Source: the human T2T-CHM13v2.0 reference genome, Homo sapiens
Assembly (NCBI GenBank): GCA_009914755.4
Contig: CP086569.2
Location: 12,896,001-12,960,000 of the forward strand
Direction: 5' to 3'
DNA length: 64,000 nt
Below are positions 60,619 to 64,000 of the stretch, in pieces. A program made the position numbers and the translations under genes. The first letter of the stretch is position 1; every line of letters starts with the position of its first letter. A model generated the notes under the pieces. It did no database searches. It was given only the letters and a program-made list of their open reading frames with translations, and was not told the origin of the DNA.

Positions 60619-60920
60619 GGTTAGGACTACAATTTCTCTCACCAAATCTCATTCAGATCATGACCTAATTAGCAAACAAGACTACGAGTCATTCCTGGAC
60701 CGACCTGACCTTTTTCTTTATATATACCAAAGCTTTCTGTGTTTCAGCTGACTAAATGAGTGGAATTCAGTATGGAGCAGCCAGTTTATGAGGACACTGT
60801 GAGGATTTAACATATTACGGTGGGGTTGCAGATTAAATCCACACAGGGACTTAAAAAAAATGGAAACATTACAATATAAGATACAGAGATGAAACACTTC
60901 CAGGCTTTAAGAAAATGTAA

Positions 60921-61245
60921 GGCTGAGCACAGTGGCTTATGCCTGTAAATCTAAGCACTTTGGGAGACTAAGGACAGAGGATTGCTTGGGGCCAGGAGTT
61001 TAGACTAGACTTGAGGCTAGTTAAGGCAAAAAAGTGAAACCTTTTGTCTACAAAAAAAAAAAAAAACTAAAAATTTACTTGGGTGTGATGTCATGTGCCT
61101 GTTGTCCCAGCTACTGGGTAGGCTGAGGCAGGAGGATGACGTGAGCCCAGGAGTTTGAGGTTGTAGTGAGCCATGATTGCACCATTGCTCTCCAGCCAGG
61201 GGAACAGAGCAAGGTCCTGTCTGTAAAATAATAATAATAAAATTT
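60921..61245 (+). mobile_element. Alu with an A-rich linker and tail
   Basis: ggctgagcacagtggcttatgcctgtaaatctaagcactttgggagactaaggacagaggattgcttggggccaggagtttagactag...ctgggtaggctgaggcaggaggatgacgtgagcccaggagtttgaggttgtagtgagccatgattgcaccattgctctccagcc...aataataataataaaa. Confidence 0.9.
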
Positions 61246-61365
61246 TACAAAGAACAAAAGAGGATATCTAACAAAATTGAAAGAATGGTATCAGAATATA
61301 ACTTGGGCAAGGTATAACTATATAAATAAGAAGAGGTAGTGGTCCACAGCCTACTTTCTAAACCT

Positions 61366-61636
61366 CTGAGCAGTCAATGATCCCAATTTCCTGACCTCTT
61401 ATCCTCTACAATCCCCTGAAAAACTACAGCTCAGAACTCCACAGGGAGACAGATTTGAGGGTTTCCTCCCATTTTCTCACTCAGTGTCCTACAATTATTA
61501 AGCTCTTTCTCTGCTGCAAACCCCGCTGTCTCAGAGTATTGGTTTTTTTACTGCACAGTGGACATTCAGACCCAGTGGTCCTATAACACATAGTTCAAGA
61601 CAGCTGTTGTTGGGTAAGTCAGGTCCTGCTTGTATG
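61366..61636 (+). repeat. 271-bp direct repeat, copy R2, about 96% identical to R1
   Basis: ctgagcagtcaatgatcccaatttcctgacctcttatcctctacaatcccctgaaaaactacagctcagaactccacagggagacagatttgagggtttcctcccattttctcactcagtgtcctacaattattaagctctttctctgctgcaaaccccgctgtctcagagtattggtttttttactgcacagtggacattcagacccagtggtcctataacacatagttcaagacagctgttgttgggtaagtcaggtcctgcttgtatg. Confidence 0.9.
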
Positions 61637-61726
61637 TCTCCCCATTCAGCGAGCTGCAAATAACAACATACACCTGTAAATCAGAGTCAAGTGAGTTTCA
61701 TTAATGACTAACTCAAGGCTCCTTTA

Positions 61727-61804
61727 ACCTATTTACAACCAAGACGGTGGCCCACTGTGAGTCTCATGAGTCTCACAGTGGGCCGCCATCTTTGTTGTAA
61801 ATAG
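61727..61804. repeat. 78-bp near-perfect palindrome (inverted repeat, about 39-bp arms with 4 mismatches) bounded on both sides by TTAA. A candidate piggyBac-like MITE or hairpin.
   Basis: TTAA|cctatttacaaccaagacggtggcccactgtgagtctca·tgagtctcacagtgggccgccatctttgttgtaaatagg|TTAA. The reverse complement of the right arm, cctatttacaacaaagatggcggcccactgtgagactca, differs from the left arm at 4 of 39 positions. Confidence 0.7.
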
Positions 61805-62294
61805 GTTAATGACTCCAAGGATCATTTTTTCAGACTTGCACTCTCTTTCATGGTGAATGTGTTTTATAGCATTCCTTTTTACAAAAATGTAATGAAAACT
61901 ACTGATAATGAACACTGACAATGAATGCTCAAATAATTTTCAAACATGTATTTGAGGCTGTAACTGTAATATAAAACAGAAATGTAACAGAAAAGCAACT
62001 TCTCTTATTTTAAAACACTACGGCATTTTAATAGGTAAATGGTAAGGTAGGGATGGAAAAAAAGACCCACAGGTTTGCTTTAGATAGAATCATTGAGATA
62101 GATACCAGAACTGCCAACACTTGTGTGTTGTGTTGGCAACTCAAATAGCAGCAGGAGGATTTCCATAGATAGTGTTTTCCAAAGTGGTGACTAGTTCTTG
62201 ATCAGGTTCTGATCGAAGCAACTGACTGCAGTCCTCTGTTTCCACTGGTTTGCTTTCTTGTGAATTTCATCTTGTGAATTAAAACTGTTCAAAC

Positions 62295-62440
62295 GTGGAT
62301 GGAACTGGAGGTCATTACATTAAGTGAGATAAGCCAGTCACTGGAGAACAGCACATATTCTCACTCCTGTTTGGGAACTCAAAAAAGTGGAGCTCATGTA
62401 GATAGAATGTAGAATGGGGATTACCAGAGTCTGGGGAGAG
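62295..62440 (+). mobile_element. Ancient L1 (L1M-type) 3'-end fragment
   Basis: tggatggaactggaggtcattacattaagtgagataagccagtcactggagaacagcacatattctcactcctgtttgggaactcaaaaaagtggagctcatgtagatagaatgtagaatggggattaccagagtctggggag resembles the L1M 3' region (...atggatgaacctggaaaacatcatgctaagtgaaataagccagacacaaaaggacaaatactgtatgattccacttatatgaggtacctagaatagtcaaattcatagagacagaaagtagaatggtggttgccaggggctgggg). Confidence 0.55.
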
Positions 62441-62507
62441 AAGTCTCACAGTGGGCCACCATCATGAGTCTCAAAATGGGCTGCCATCTTAGTGGTAAAT
62501 AGGTTAA
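62441..62507. repeat. Related partial copy of the 61727-61804 palindrome arm, ending in the same ...ggtaaatagg|TTAA terminus and carrying an internal duplication of the gtctcaNNNtgggcNNccatc motif
   Basis: aagtctcacagtgggccaccatcatgagtctcaaaatgggctgccatcttagtggtaaataggTTAA compared with the right arm tcatgagtctcacagtgggccgccatctttgttgtaaataggTTAA. Confidence 0.6.
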
Positions 62508-63116
62508 TAGAGACTTGCTTTAGTCCTTGATGAAACCCACTTGAATATGTGTTGAATACCTAGAATAGACAGCCACAGTAGGTGTCCATTAATTTCAAAA
62601 ATTAGTATTTGCAAGCAAATTTATTCAGATGAGAAGTCTTCATGAAAACTAACCTTCTTGGGTAAGCAGGATGAAGCTGTTTGTGAGTATAACAGTGAGT
62701 CATTGAATGAATATATTCCTACCTAATAGATTATAACATGTCCTAGCTTATTGAGGCAAATTATAAAAATATTATTAAGAACAACCATTTATCACACAAT
62801 GTTTGGACTATTGCAAATTTCTTGTTTCTTGCTGTCAAAATTAAATCTATGGCATGTACTCAATGATCCTTCATGGAGGGAACTCCCCTTACTATTTTTA
62901 ATTTTCAGTTTATTTTTAACAGACAAATAATAATTTCATGTATTTATGCATTAAAAGGTGATTTTTTACACATTTATACATTGTGGATTTAACAAATCAT
63001 GCTAATTAAAATAATCATCACTTCACATATTTGTTATTTCTTTATGGTGAGATCATTTGAAATCCAATTCTTAGAGCAATTTAAAAATATACAGTATATT
63101 ATTAACTACAGTCACT

Positions 63117-63490
63117 GATATGGTTTGACTCTGTGATTCCACTCAAATATCATGTCAAATTGTAATCCCCAGTGTTGGAGGAGGGGCCTGGTGAGAGGTG
63201 GTTGAATCATGGGAGTGGACTTCCTTCTTGCTCCTCTTGTGATAATCAGGGAGTTCTCATGAGATCTGATGGTTTAAAAGTCTGTGGCACTTCCCCCCTC
63301 ACTCCTTCTCTCTCTCCTCCATCACCATGGTAAGACATGCTTGCTTCCCCTTCATCTTCCAACAAGATTGTATGTTTCCTGAGGCCTCCCCAGCCATGCC
63401 TCCTGCATAGCCTGCAGAACCAGGAGCCAATTACACCTCTTTTATGTATAAATTACTCAGTCTCACATAGTTCTTTATAGCAATGCCAGA
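63117..63490 (+). mobile_element. MaLR LTR (MST/THE1-like) in plus orientation
   Basis: tgatatggtttgactctgtgattccactcaaatatcatgtcaaattgtaatccccagtgttggaggaggggcctggtgagaggtggttgaatcatgggag...ctcatgagatctgatggtttaaaagtctgtggcacttcccc...cctgaggcctccccagccatgcctcctgcatagcctgcagaaccaggagccaattacacctcttttatgtataaattactcagtctcacatagttctttatagcaatgccagaacagacaaatacac matches the THE1/MST consensus TGATATGGTTTGGCTGTGTCC...TGTGAGGCCTCCCCAGCCATGTGGAACTGTGAGTCCATTAAACCTCTTTCCTTTATAAATTACCCAGTCTCGGGTAT...CAGACTAATACA. Confidence 0.85.
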
Positions 63491-64000
63491 ACAGACAAAT
63501 ACACTCACCTCATTGTGCAACAGATCACCAGAACTTATCCTTCCTGTCTAATTGAAACTTTGTACCCTTTGAAAAATATACACGGCATATCCCCATCCTC
63601 TACCATCCACCATTCTACTCTCTAGTTCTGTGTGTTTGACTTTTTTAGTTTCCACATATGAGGGAGGTTATGCAATTTTTGTTTTCCTGCCAACTTCCGG
63701 GGCATGGAATGGTATGTGGATGGCAGACATACCCCAAATTGGCTACAGAGCTCTGAGGAGAAACCTTGAAGACAACTTAAGGGCATTTTGGAATCTGGCT
63801 CTGAGGCACACAGCAGGCTTAATGGGTCTTTAATCACAACCATTGGAGAACCAGGATAATATTCCTCCCTGCCTTTGTCCACTTGGGCTTCTATAATAAA
63901 ATATCATGCACTGAGTGGCTAAAGCAACAATCATCAATTTCTCATGCTTCTGGAGAGCGGAAGTCCAAGATATGGATGTCAGCAGACCCAGTGGCTGGAA

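Noticed and set aside
63490-64000. Possible old L1-derived sequence following the MaLR LTR (…ttagtttccacatatgagggaggttatgc…)
   Set aside because: The resemblance to antisense L1M sequence is too weak to support without a search. I left it unannotated.

Overview
This window reads as primate (human-type) genomic DNA from an AT-rich, gene-poor region. More than half of it is LINE-1 sequence. There are three full-length L1PA-type elements on the minus strand: L1 #1 at 1-5404 (3' end cut by the window start), L1 #2 at 8481-14535, and L1 #3 at 18318-26710, which carries two nested L1 insertions. One full-length L1PA on the plus strand (L1 #5, 50333-56480) abuts a 5'-truncated L1 (L1 #6, 56481-58677). 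A 4.4-kb twin-primed (5'-inverted) L1PA at 43430-47815 sits inside an older L1. There are also several smaller L1 3' fragments, about eleven Alu elements, MaLR-type LTRs (an inverted pair of MLT1-like LTRs and two THE1/MST-like LTRs), one MIR, one MER5A, a MER20-like pair, a large compound GATA/GATG/CATA microsatellite, a 48-bp-period minisatellite, homopurine/homopyrimidine tracts and (GT)n/(TC)n/(TA)n runs. I could not support any host protein-coding gene, RNA gene, CRISPR array or prokaryotic-style system. Every long ORF in the six-frame track is a remnant of L1 ORF1 or ORF2, or a translation of a simple repeat. Three items look most worth a second look. The first is three separate twin-priming L1 inversions within 64 kb. 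The second is a 78-bp near-perfect palindrome bounded by TTAA, with a related half-copy 0.7 kb away. The third is a pair of 271-bp direct repeats, about 96% identical, that flank ancient host DNA. All family names and coordinates were assigned by eye from the sequence without any search tool, so boundaries are approximate to about 10 bp.
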